Source of the DNA: Mustelus asterias
Taxonomy: Eukaryota
Assembly (NCBI RefSeq): GCF_964213995.1
Contig: NC_135806.1
Location: forward strand, 40,920,001-40,984,000
DNA length: 64,000 nucleotides
Reading direction: 5' to 3'
The stretch's first letter is position 1. The number at the start of each line of letters is the position of its first letter. The notes below the pieces were generated by a model that was not told where the DNA came from, searched no databases, and saw only the letters and a list, made by a program, of their open reading frames with translations. Of this stretch, positions 1 to 11,059 are shown piece after piece. A program made the position numbers and the translations under genes.

Positions 1-2108
1 CCATTTCCTGATTGGAAAGGGTTCTGAACATAAGTAACAAAGAAAGATTATCAACTTTCTACAAATAGCATCCGTGTGCATGAAGTTGTGTAATCTATAT
101 AATTTAGACAGATGGTCAGGAAGAATATTCCTGCGATGTGTAATGCTGCTTGCTTTGCCAGAGCCCCATTCATATTAAAGTGGCACAAACCATTGCATGC
201 CATGGACAAGGAAGCATGTAGGAACCACTAATTGCACAATTAAGAAACCATACTATTGAACTTTCTGGGTGGAAAGGCAAATAATGCATTTGAACGTTCA
301 ATTACAACTAACAGCATCAAGCACTCTGCAAAGGATGTCACATGAACTTGTTCAAAAACTGTCAAATGAAACCTCTTGTCTCAATCACGTTATATATTTT
401 TACTTGGCTTTCGATGTGAAATATGTAAGCAGTGTAAGTGAAGGCAAGTTTGTCCGAGTGTTTGGAATGGTGATTTTTTTATGTTGCTAAGACAATAAAA
501 CAGCTGAAGAACCCAGTTGTCATTTGCATTTATTTCATTTATTGTCACAGTACATATACATCAGAGCTTATAATTGTGCACAGTCCTCTGATCAATTGGC
601 AATCACCCACTCTCCTGTCTCAGAATCCTGATCCCATCCAGATGTAGTGATTCCGAATGTTTCTCCTGCTTTCTCTCTCTTACCAATGAGAGGTTTCTCT
701 CTTGCCAATGAGAGAATGTTTGTTGACCTTCCCAGCATAGTGCTTATGGTTTCAGTAGAGGATTTTCATAACCACAGTGAATGCTGGGATTTCCCTTGAT
801 ATCTCTCTTGGAGAGCAAGAGAAAATTACTCACACTTGCAGGAAAGATGACTTGTAATGAAGGAGAGCATATGGATGCAGTCAGACAGGAAAAGATCCAT
901 TGCTCCATCCAAGCTGTTCCCCATAACTGTGATACTTTCTGCACCTGAGCACGTACATTTCCCACCCCACCAGAAATCATAGTAACTCCTGAGAGAGGTG
1001 AGGAAACATAAAAAACACAGGCCAACCGGGAATGGGGTGGGGTATTAAATTTTTGTCTGACCTCTTTAAGTGATTAAATTGGTCTAGGAGGCAACTCTAG
1101 CCCTGATTAGTGATATAGCACTTCCCTTTGACACAAGGTGAAGCCTGCTCCAGCCAGAATCAAGTCCTGTACTCCCTTAAAGGAATTCAATGAACTGATG
1201 TTCACTACATGAGCTGGCAGCCTGCTCCACTGACCCTGATTCTTTGGGAGAAGAATCACCTCTGAACATTTAATTTCACTCCTTGCAGAACGAGGTTTGA
1301 CCCCTATTCTTCACCTACCTATTTAGTTGAAGCAAACTTTGCACACAAATTCAATCTTTTCCCTTCAACTTACAAACCTGGAAAGAAAAAGAGAATAAAG
1401 AGGTAGTGCACTGAAAGCTTGAATGTACTGGCAGTGATGAATGGAAGTGTCATCTGTCACTGCCTGTTTGCAATGTTGTAAAGGTGGCTCTTATAGATTC
1501 TTTGAATGACACTTAGGGGTTGCCCACTGCTGGTGAGATATTTCATGATTCTCAACAGCTATCTATATAGCTGGTTCTTTCCAGTTATTTAACATGAGTG
1601 ATACAAACAGCAGTCCTGCCAGGATGTTGGTGGACTTTTGTAACTGCCAACCAATGCCTACCTTTTCCGCATCGAGACCACCTCATCTAGATGAGTGACT
1701 GAACATGCTAGTTAAATGGCTATCCACACTGGCAGCAGCTACACCTCCCCAAGTTGGCTGGGGAAAAGACTCTCTTGACGCATGTCCCAGGACACATAGC
1801 ATGGTTGCTGTAATGCTGACTGCAGAACGTTAGTGGCTCGAAGCAGCTGCATCGAGAGTAATTGGACTGTAATATAAGACTGAAGCAGGGATCAGCCTTC
1901 CCCTCTGGTCTTTGTCATGCTTTTGATGTGAGGTGGTTTTGCCGTATGAACCAACTCCCAGCTGAAAAATGCACACTGACCGATCTGCCACTGAAGTCAC
2001 CTACTCTGCTGACATTCACGTAGGTTCACGAATAAAGAATGGATACGATGGGACAGTAGTAGAGGATGGTCAGTGCCCATGGAGATGCAGTTGCTAAAAG
2101 AGACGAGT

Positions 2109-2863
2109 GGCTGGATTTTATGTGCCCCTGCTGGGTGTGTTTATTGGGAGTGGAGGGGGCATATAAAATATGTTAGTGGTTCACCACTTTCACACCCAGC
2201 CCGAAGGCTAAGCCCCATAATACACGAGGTGGGCAGGTGCCAAAATCAGCAGCTCCCCACCCCCCTCCCCCTCAACCCACCATATGCAAATAAATAAATA
2301 ATTCAAGGTCAGTTATGCTAGTTTGCAAGCCTATTGACTGGGAGAATATGCTCCCCACACCATGGAGTGGGAAGGTGGGAGTGGACGGGGTGGTGGTGGG
2401 GGGGGGTTAGTAGTAGGTTTTTTTTGTTGTCGCTCAGATGATAAAAGGCAGAAGTGGAGCTATATCATTCAGAGGGATGTCCTGTGGTCATCTCCAGGGT
2501 ACGTCCTGTGCGCATTGGGTCCCTCCCCATCTAGATGTCACCCCCGCCTTCCCTCCTCACTGCCTGCTCTCCCAAAACTCATCCCCCTCTTACCCCTGGC
2601 TCTTGGAGCCCCCTCAAAAAGCCCTCATTCCAGCAGCCATCCATCTTCTGGCTGTTCCTTCCTGAGTCCCGGCAGCCACCACCACAGACTTCTGGAGCTG
2701 CTGGGACGGCTGGAGTTGCTGACCAATCTGATTGCTCCCATGAGGGGCAGATATGCCACTATCACCTTGTTTAACCTGCCCCGAGTGGTCTGGCTGCAGG
2801 GTGGGTTTCTTTCCGATGTGTCATCTGTCAGTCAACTTTTCTTCTGTTCATAAAATTCAGCCC
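2109..2863. mobile_element. Non-autonomous PIF/Harbinger-like TIR element
   Basis: Terminal inverted repeats GGCTGGATTTTATG ... CATAAAATTCAGCCC; similar termini recur at 41733, 45629 and 52777. Confidence 0.5.
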
Positions 2864-3102
2864 AAGATTGTAGGGTGAAGAAGGGTGAAACATGACGGAC
2901 TTAAAAGTAGACTTCTAGCCTGAAAATGGCCATTTATGATAGTTCCCACAACTTCGCTTGACATGTCCTTGCCTGCTTTTAAGCATTTAAAACAAACATT
3001 CATTGTACTAAAGTCACAACTGGTCATTTCTAAATTTTTTTCCCAAATGTTGAAACCATATCTCGACAAATAATAATAAAGAATGGTAAACATGTGGCTG
3101 GT

Positions 3103-3378
3103 GATAAAAACAGAAAATACTGGAGGTACTCATAAATCATTTTAATTCTCTACCACATACCAAATCTTCCTGTTTAGTTCATCCCACCACCCCCATCCCC
3201 GTCCCTGTACTTGCTTAAACTATTACATCTCTAACTTTTTCCAGTTCTGACGAAAATCCAACAACTTCAAACATTAACCCTGTTTCTCTCCTCATTGATA
3301 TTGCCTGACCTGCTGAGTATTTCCAGCATTTTGTGTTTACTTCAGATTTCCAGCATCCGTAATATTTTGTTTTTGTAT
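3103..3378 (+). mobile_element. Penelope-derived short element (family B pLTR) with decayed hammerhead motif
   Basis: AGTTCTGACGA...CAAACATTAAC followed by CTGACCTGCTGAGTATTTCCAGCATTTTG...TTCCAGCATCCG; short inverted copy at 3103-3130; same family as 31787-32014. Confidence 0.6.
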
Positions 3379-3553
3379 TAGAAACTAACTTATGACATGA
3401 TTCGGGTCCTCTTCTGTTGCTGTTGCCTTTCCTGTTGCTTCATTTATTAAAAAGCAGTGTGCATTATCCAAATTCTAAGACCTTGATATTCAGTGGCACT
3501 GTCCCTGCTCAACAGCTGTCAAGTCAACATCTGAGGATCCAAAATCCCAGGCA

Positions 3554-3722
3554 GCACATGAGCACTCCCACCCCTATACATCGCAGTATTAGATTAACCC
3601 ACTCGGGGCACATGAGCACTCCCACCCCTATACATTGCAGTATTAGATTGACCCACTCGGGGCACATGAGCACTCCCACCCCTATACATTGCAGTATTAG
3701 ATTGACCCACTCGGGGCACATG
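3554..3722. repeat. 54-bp tandem repeat, 3.1 copies
   Basis: Unit GCACATGAGCACTCCCACCCCTATACATTGCAGTATTAGATTGACCCACTCGGG; only 2 substitutions, both in copy 1. Confidence 0.95.
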
Positions 3723-3767
3723 TCTGAAATTGGGCTGTCCCAGCTCTTGCCTCATCACATGAATGAA

Positions 3768-4018
3768 GGGCAGCACAGTGGCATAGTGGTTAGCACTGCT
3801 GCCTCACAGCGCCAAGGGACCCAGGTTCGATTCCTGGCTTGGGTCAGGAACAGAGTCTGCACATTTTCTCCGTGCCAGTGTGGCTTTCCTCTGGGTGCTC
3901 CAGTTTCCTCCCACAGTCTGAAAGATGTGCTGGTTAAGTGCATTGGCCATGTTAAATTCACTGTAACTTCATTTCAGTGTTAATGTAAACCTACTTGTGA
4001 TACTAATAAATAAACTTT
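3768..4018 (+). mobile_element. HE1-type tRNA-derived V-SINE with an atypical 3' tail
   Basis: Head GGGCAGCACAGTGGCATAGTGGTTAGCACTGCTGCCTCACAGC, B-box GGTTCGATTCC, V-domain GGTGCTCCAGTTTCCTCCCACAGTC; tail is not CR1-like. Confidence 0.85.
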
Positions 4019-4507
4019 AGCAAGGATCCTGTCGGAGTGCTATATAAAGTACTTGTTTGTTACATACAAGTTAGTTGCTAGTTTGTCTTCTTAGACTCCT
4101 CGTTAACTTTAGCCCTCTTTTCATCTTTTACTTTCTCCGTTGCATAAGTGATACTGGGAGCCACGTTGGACTGCTTTTGCCTGTGGTGGAAGTAATTTGT
4201 AGCAGTCAGGTAGGGGTTGGGGTTGCAGGAGGAGCTGGAGCAGTAAAGACTGGAGAGAGCAAGACTGACTTAGAGAAGATGGGAGCATATAGAGGCACTG
4301 CAAATAAACCATATACACAGCGCATCTTCAGGATAAACACTTCACAAACCTGAAACTTCACAGAGCAACAATATTTAAGTCTTCACCAAGGAGACTGGTA
4401 CCCAGTTATGTCATCTGCAGCCACAACTGGAATCTCACACCAGGATTGTTGGTGTCAAGGTTGCCCTGAACTTTAACTTATGCCAAGGGGTCATTCCAGG
4501 TGATATC

Positions 4508-4863
4508 ATAGAATCATCGGATCCTTACAATGCAGAAGAGGCCATTCAGCCCATTGAGTCTGCACCGACTCTCTGACAGAGTATCTTACCCAAGCCCTCT
4601 CCCCTGCCCTACCCCTGTAACCTCACACATTTACCATGGCTAATCCATCCGACCTACGCATCTTTTGACACTAAGGTACAATTTAGCGTGGCTAACCCAC
4701 ATTACCTGCATCATCTTTGCACTGTGAGAGGAAACTGAAGCACCCAGAGGAAACACACGCAGAGAATGGACAAACCCCACACAGACAGTCACCCGAAGCC
4801 GGAATTGAATCCGGGTCCATGGAGCTGTGAGGCAGCAGTGCTAACCACTGTGCCACCGTGCCA
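4508..4863 (-). mobile_element. HE1-type SINE
   Basis: Reverse-complement tRNA head at 4800-4863, V-domain, CR1-like tail ending in TTCTATG. Confidence 0.9.
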
Positions 4864-5704
4864 CTCTTAATATCAGTGATATTGCCCAGATAATTTGAGG
4901 TTCAATACAGCAGGAGGAACAGCTACATCATTTTTCTAATGGACACAGTGAAATGGTAACAGAACATAAGGCTTCGCCCATGTTGCAGACATCCAGCAGG
5001 ATTTCAGGTGCAATAGGCCACAGCCACATTGTCCTGGGTATTCCCCACAGGCTTGCCAACTTCTATCTGGGAGCTGTCGTGGAAAGCTGCTGGCATGGTG
5101 CGAGCTGATTCTAAGTGAACACAAGAGAGAAAAACACACTGAGGTCTCTATAAAACCCATTGCAAAATCCTGCTTCATACCAATTAAAACTTCCTGTAAA
5201 AAAACTAAAGTAAAACTCTCTCCAATTCGCACAATAGTTTCATTTCTTTTAAATCAGCTAGGATTAATTAATCTCTGAAATTTGCTAGTACGTTATGTAG
5301 ATTAGGTAACAGTAAAATAATAGCCCTCACAAACCTTCGCTGTGTCTTGTATAACAAATCCCTGGAGAAGGTTTTCTATTGTGAATGTCCCAGTTTGTAC
5401 ACAGTGAGAAATATGTGCCTTTTATAAAGGCAGACCTGAGAATTTAACATTGTCCAATCACTGCAGCTTTGTGTAAATTGACAATAACACAGCGTTTGAA
5501 TGAACTGCCCTGAAGGTCATTCTTGTCCTGAAGTGAAACTTGAAAAACAAGTAAGTGCTCCCAGTTCCTGCCTGGATTAAGATCAATATTTTCCTCCCCA
5601 CAAAATAAAATCCTATTAAGGTCTTGCTTCTGCCGAAAAGATAGAGTTAGAAACTTGATCTACTGGCACTACAGATTTACAGACATTCCCTGGGGACAGA
5701 CGCA

Positions 5705-7452
5705 CTTATTTATTCATGGGACATGGGCAATGCTGGCTAGGCAAGCATTTATTGCCCATCCTTATTTGCCCTTGTGAAGGTGGTGGCGAACTGCGGCAGG
5801 CCATGTGGTTCTAACCGACAGTTAGAAAGGGAGTTCCAGGATTTTGACCCAGTGACAGTGAAGGAACAGCAATATATTTCCAGGTCAGGGTGATGGTGTT
5901 CCTATGTGTCTGCTAACCTTGGTCTTCTAGGTGGTAGCAGTCCTGGGTCTCATAGAAATCATAGAAACCCTACAGTGCAGAAGGAGGCCATTCGGCCCAT
6001 CGAGTCTGCACCGACCACAATCCCACCCAGGCCCTACCCCCACATATTTACCCGCTAATCCCGCTAACCTACGCATCTCAGGACTCTAAGGGGCAATTTT
6101 TAACCTGGCCAATCAACCTAACCCGCACATCTTTGGACAGTGACATCTTTGGGTCTGAACAGTGCTGTCAAAGGGGCCCTGGTAAGTTGCTGCAGGGCAT
6201 CTTGTAAATGGTAGAGCGAGTGAATGGTGAAGCGAGTGAATGTTTAAGATGGTGGGTGTGGTGCCAATCAAGCAGACTCTTTGTCCTGGATGGTGTCAAG
6301 CTTCTTGAGCATTGTTGAAACTGCACTCATCCAGGCAAATGGAGATATTTCATCACACACTCCTGCCTTGTGCCTTGTAGATGGTGGACAGTCTTTGGGG
6401 AGTCAGGAGGTGAGTTACTCTCTGTAGAATTCCTAGCCTTTGATCTGCTCTTGTAGCCACAGTATTTATTTGGCTAGTCCAGTTCAGTTTCTGACAGTGG
6501 GGATTCATCAATGGTAATACCATCAAATGTCAACAGGAGATGGTTAGATTCTCACTTGTTGGAGATGGCAATTGCCTGGCACTTGCATGCTGCAAATGTT
6601 ATTAACCACTTATCAACCCAAGGCTGGATTTTGTCCAGGTCATAATGCATTTGGATATGGACTCCTTCAGTATCTGAGGAGTCACAAATGGTGCTGAACA
6701 TTGTGCAATCATTCATGAACATCCCCATTCCTGAAGGTCATTGATGGAGCAGCTGAAGATGGTTGGGTCTAGGACACTACCCTGAGGAACTCCTGCAGCG
6801 CTGTACTGGAACTGATTTGATTGACCTCCAATCTTCCTTTGTGCTAGGTATGACTCCAATCAGTGGAGAGTATTTCCCCCGATTCCCAATGACTTCAATT
6901 TTTCCAGGGCTCCTTGATGTCACACTCGGTCAAATGCTGCCTTGATGTCAAGGGCAGTCACTCTCACCTCACCTCTGGAGTTCAGCTCTCATCTATTTTT
7001 GGCGATATTGAGATCTGGAGTTGAGTGGTCCTGGCAGAACCCAAGCTAAGAATCAGTGTTATTGCTGAATAGGTGTCGCATGATGGCACTGCTATGACCC
7101 CTTCCATCACTTTACTGATGATCGAGTGTAAACTGCTGGGACGGTAATTGGCCGGGTTGGATTTGTCCTGTTTTCTGTGCACAGGACATACCTGGGCAAT
7201 TTTCGACATTGCCGGGTAAATGTCAGTGTTGTAGCTGGAACAAGTGGCAAGTTCTGGAGCACAAGTCTTCAGTACCATTGTCCAAATATTGTCAGGGCCC
7301 ATAGCCTTTGCAGTATCCAGTGTCTTCAATTGTTTCTTGATATCATGGAGTAAATCAAATTGATGAAGACTGACATCTGTGATGCTGGGAACCTCAGAAG
7401 GAGCTTGAGATGGATCATCTACTCGGCATGTCTGGCTGAAGATGGTTACAAA
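5705..7452 (-). pseudogene. Decayed L2/CR1-group LINE, RT region to 3' end
   Basis: ORF 6982-7329 has KAMGPDNI..LKTCAPELA..AQVCPVHRKQDKSNPANYRP..SIISKVMEG (LINE RT N-terminal motifs); 3' tail near 5705; interrupted by a SINE at 5950. Confidence 0.8.
5950..6140 (-). mobile_element. 5'-truncated HE1-type SINE (young subfamily)
   Basis: Nearly identical to the 3' halves of 7543-7847 and 16280-16601; TGGGTCT on both flanks. Confidence 0.85.
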
Positions 7453-7542
7453 CCATAATTGAAACTACTGAAGGCAGCCCGCAGCACTGAATATCCCTGG
7501 AGAATTAATGCACCAGTAGAGTGGGTTTCTCCTCAAGATACC

Positions 7543-7847
7543 TTCACAGCTTCACAGCTCCAGGGTCCCGGGTTCGATTCCCGGCTCGGGTCACTGTCTG
7601 TGTGGGGTTTGTACATTCTCCTCGTGTCTGCGTGCGTTTCCTCCGGGTGCTCCGGTTTCCTCCCACAGTCCAAAGATGCGGTTGATTGGCCAGGTTAAAA
7701 AAATTGCCCCTTAGAGTCCTGGGATGTGTAGGTTAGAGGGATTAGTGGGTAAAATATGTGGGGGTAGGGCCTGGGTGGGATTGTGGTCAGTGCAGACTCG
7801 ATGGGCCGAATGGCCTCCTTCTGCACTGTAGGGTTTCTATGATTTCT
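7543..7847 (+). mobile_element. HE1-type SINE with 8-bp target-site duplication
   Basis: TSD AAGATACC at 7535-7542 and 7848-7855; B-box, V-domain and CR1-like tail present. Confidence 0.92.
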
Positions 7848-7959
7848 AAGATACCATTTAATCCAGACTCTCTTATCCCCAACCCACATATCCTTCTATT
7901 CCTCTCATCCTTATGTGTTCCTGTATTTATTCTGCCCCAGAGCTCTATGCTGCCTTAGT

Positions 7960-8330
7960 AGGTCTCCAGGTCGCAGTCTGGCTATTAGATGACAAGGTTT
8001 ATCCCCACCAGACGTGGCTCCTGTTAGGAAGCTGGGTATGGGTACAAATTTACACCTATAACGAGAGTCATGCTTCCAGCAGAAATATCATTGACCATTC
8101 CATCAGATATATCTGCGTCCTTGATTGTACAAAAGAAACTTTGCATATAGTCCTTTGCAGGAATAGACATTTGTATTCACTGCTGCCTGCTCCATAACTT
8201 TGACATAATCCCCTCCAACCATCCTGGTAGTAGGAAATGGAGGAAGAAGAGCAGAAGCAGCATCAACCAGCAGTGCTCCTTGCTGCGGGAGTTCACAGAG
8301 AGCAAATCATCAATAAGTACTTCATCTGAA
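7960..8330 (+). pseudogene. PIF/Harbinger (HARBI1-like) transposase C-terminal relic
   Basis: VWLLDDKVYPHQTWLL and YNESHASSRNIID match the Harbinger motifs WLLGDxGYP and YNxxHxxTRxxIE; acidic tail follows. Confidence 0.7.
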
Positions 8331-8982
8331 CTGTCCCTTCCAGCCCCATTATACCAACACCCCACTATCATAACCACCATCTTCTGTTCCATCATTTTAT
8401 TACCTTCTTGCATCTTGCACTCCCTTGATTACAGATATTAACACCAAAACTAAACCCAAAACAAAAAGCTTCACTCCATCAACTCAATTTATGTTTGGAT
8501 TGTAGATCACTTGCTGAATTATGAATTACCCTTACACAATTCGGTAGTGCCAGTTTGACTTACTTCTCCAGCCTGGTGCTCCTGCAAAGTATCTGCCTAC
8601 TGTCTACACTTTGGGAGGCAACAGGCTGCTGGGCCTCCATTGAGAACACTTCAGTTGGCTACATGACTGACCTGGAGTCATTCTAGGCATTGAGGAGCCG
8701 GCTGAAGACTGGGTCACAGGTATCTGACCCAGTTCACTGTATGACACTGACAAAGGTACAGATGATGTGACGTAGGAACAAGAATGTTGTCCTCAGAAAC
8801 AAAAGCAGATCCCTCACCCATAGTGACAATACCAATCTTTTGGGAATGCACCTCAGCACTCTTATGACTTTGCATGAGGAAAAATGATGATAGGAACTGA
8901 ATGAGCAGAGTGTGGAAGCTCTGAGAGCAGACAGTATTATAGAGGCTCTGACTGCTCTATTGATGGATCTGACAATTTAATT

Positions 8983-9277
8983 GAATCATAGAATCCCTAC
9001 AGTGCAGAATGGGATCATTCTGCCCACCAAGCCTGCACCAACAACAATCCCACCCAGGCCCTATCCCCGTAACCTCAAGTATTTACCCGCTATTCCCCCT
9101 GACACTAAGGGACAATTTAGCATGGCCAATTCACCTAACCTACATATTTTTGGACTGTGGGAGGAAATTGGAGCACCAGGAGGAAACCCACGCAGACATG
9201 GGGAGAATGTCCACACACACAGTCACCCAAGGCCAGAATTGAGGCAGCAGTGCTAACCACTGTGCCACCCTGCCGTC
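8983..9277 (-). mobile_element. HE1-type SINE
   Basis: tRNA head at 9240-9277, V-domain and CR1-like tail on the minus strand. Confidence 0.9.
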
Positions 9278-9959
9278 CCATGAACTTGGTTCATGTTGGT
9301 CAGAGTTATTTCCATGAAGCCCGACATTGATTGGAACGGGGCTCTTCCATGCTCTGATACATTGTTGCAAACTTGCAGTCAGGTTGCCCAATGTACCTCT
9401 GATTTTTGTGATGTATGCCGATATGCTTCCTTCACTAACCTGGGCCCTCAAAGTCAGCATGAGTCCTCTGCAGCAGGGCTAGTATGCCACTGGGACCTCC
9501 AGCAAGCTAACACCTGTGACATCCTATTTCCCTGCCCTGACTCCGGCCCGGATAATTCACCCTGTAAAAATCCTCATCTAGCCTCTCCTCTACAGCATGC
9601 ACAGTGACAACCTTTGAAGATTGTGTCCTAGGATCAAACTGACTAAATTTGTACCCTCCTGAAGTGAGCAGAGGGTGTGCAGGTAGACTTTAGGTTCTCC
9701 ATTCTCCTTCTGCTGACTGATGTGTAACCTTTTTCAGTGTGTTAGTCACAGTCATGTTTCAAGAATGTGTCTGTCTGTCTGTCATGATTCAGTTGTGTGT
9801 GCAAGATGTGGGAAAGATAGGCTGGCAATAGTGGGGAGGGTAGGAGGTAGAGTGTGTCAGCTGGAATGGAAGGAGTGAAGTGTAGGGGATGAAGGGAGGT
9901 GGGGAGGAGACTGATGTAGTGAACAGAGCATTATTAAAATGACAGATAGGATTCTCACT

Positions 9960-10230
9960 GACAATACTGGTGAGGTCATTAAACTTCATTCAGTACTGCA
10001 GTTGTATTCTGGAAGCTGAGCTGTTTGAAATGACCTCCCCAGTGACCTATTCCCTCTGAAGGCGGAGATGTTTCCTGGTGGGCTCTCTGACCTCCAAAGG
10101 CAGGAAATCAACCCACCCCCATCCCCACTCCCTCCGCATACCAGGGGTCGTCTCCAACACTACATCAGGGAACCTGGGTGTCCACTCTGAAGCTAATGCA
10201 ACCATTTTACACCTTTTGCCATGTCCTGCT
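9960..10230 (-). pseudogene. Harbinger Myb/SANT-like DNA-binding protein relic
   Basis: WTPRFPDVVLE ... MKFNDLT resembles the Myb/SANT-like pattern PRFSD..LE ... KKFNDL; convergent with the transposase relic at 7960. Confidence 0.6.
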
Positions 10231-10840
10231 GTGGCAGCCTGCATGCAGCTCCCATTTCCGAGGTGCTGGCTGCTTTACAGTCAGATCTCCGATATCTCTG
10301 GTTGTGACATTTCAGGTCATGGAAAACAATGTCTAAAGACAACTTCTTTCTTTCTTTCTGTGTCTGGACAGCACTAACTCAGGGTTCGTTCAAAGTGGAA
10401 ACTGGTATTAAACTTCAAGTGAATATGTTGAGAGAGTGGAATTAGAAATAGTTTTATTCACTCTGCAGTTGGATCTATTTTAATCTCAAGGCTATTGTTG
10501 TTTATTCTGTTACCATGGTAACAACATATCCCACAATTAGTCAAACCCATCTGCTGTTTCTATATAGATTACCTCAGGGCCTCTGTGGTCTAAGTCTGCA
10601 TGTGATGCATTGAGATTCAATGACTTCAATCATTGGGCGCAGAGGAGTGCGTGTCCACAATTTGGACGTGGAGCCCATCATGCACTATGTGATTTTCCAT
10701 TGATTACATGGGCTGGCCTGTGGGTATGGGGATGGGGGGGTTACGTTGACCAATCTATGTACCGGAGTTCCCCTTCCTCCTACCAGTTCTGTGTTCAGCA
10801 GTGAATTTGTACAACTCACCCTTCAATGGGAAAAAAGATG

Positions 10841-11059
10841 TGTACTATCTCTAATGGCAGGCAATCGCCAGGTAGATTAACTGATAAATGGTTTATCGAG
10901 ATAAACAACTATTTACAGAGAGTGGTTAAAAGGCTGCCATATTCCATAACCAGAGAAACCCCACACTCTGTCCCTGAAACCATGCGTTCCGGCCCAATTG
11001 GCCAACTGGGTCACATGACCCATGGAGAGCTTGCCCCCTTAAAGGTGCGCACTCCCACA
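10841..11059 (-). repeat. 3' LTR of the Gypsy element
   Basis: TGT...ACA termini, directly downstream of the polypurine tract. Confidence 0.75.

Noticed and set aside
3768-3845. tRNA genes at SINE heads (here and in other copies)
   Set aside because: A and B boxes are present but continue into SINE bodies; no complete cloverleaf
4075-4353. Possible host exon
   Set aside because: No recognisable homology in any frame; frames from the candidate minus-strand acceptor hit stops early
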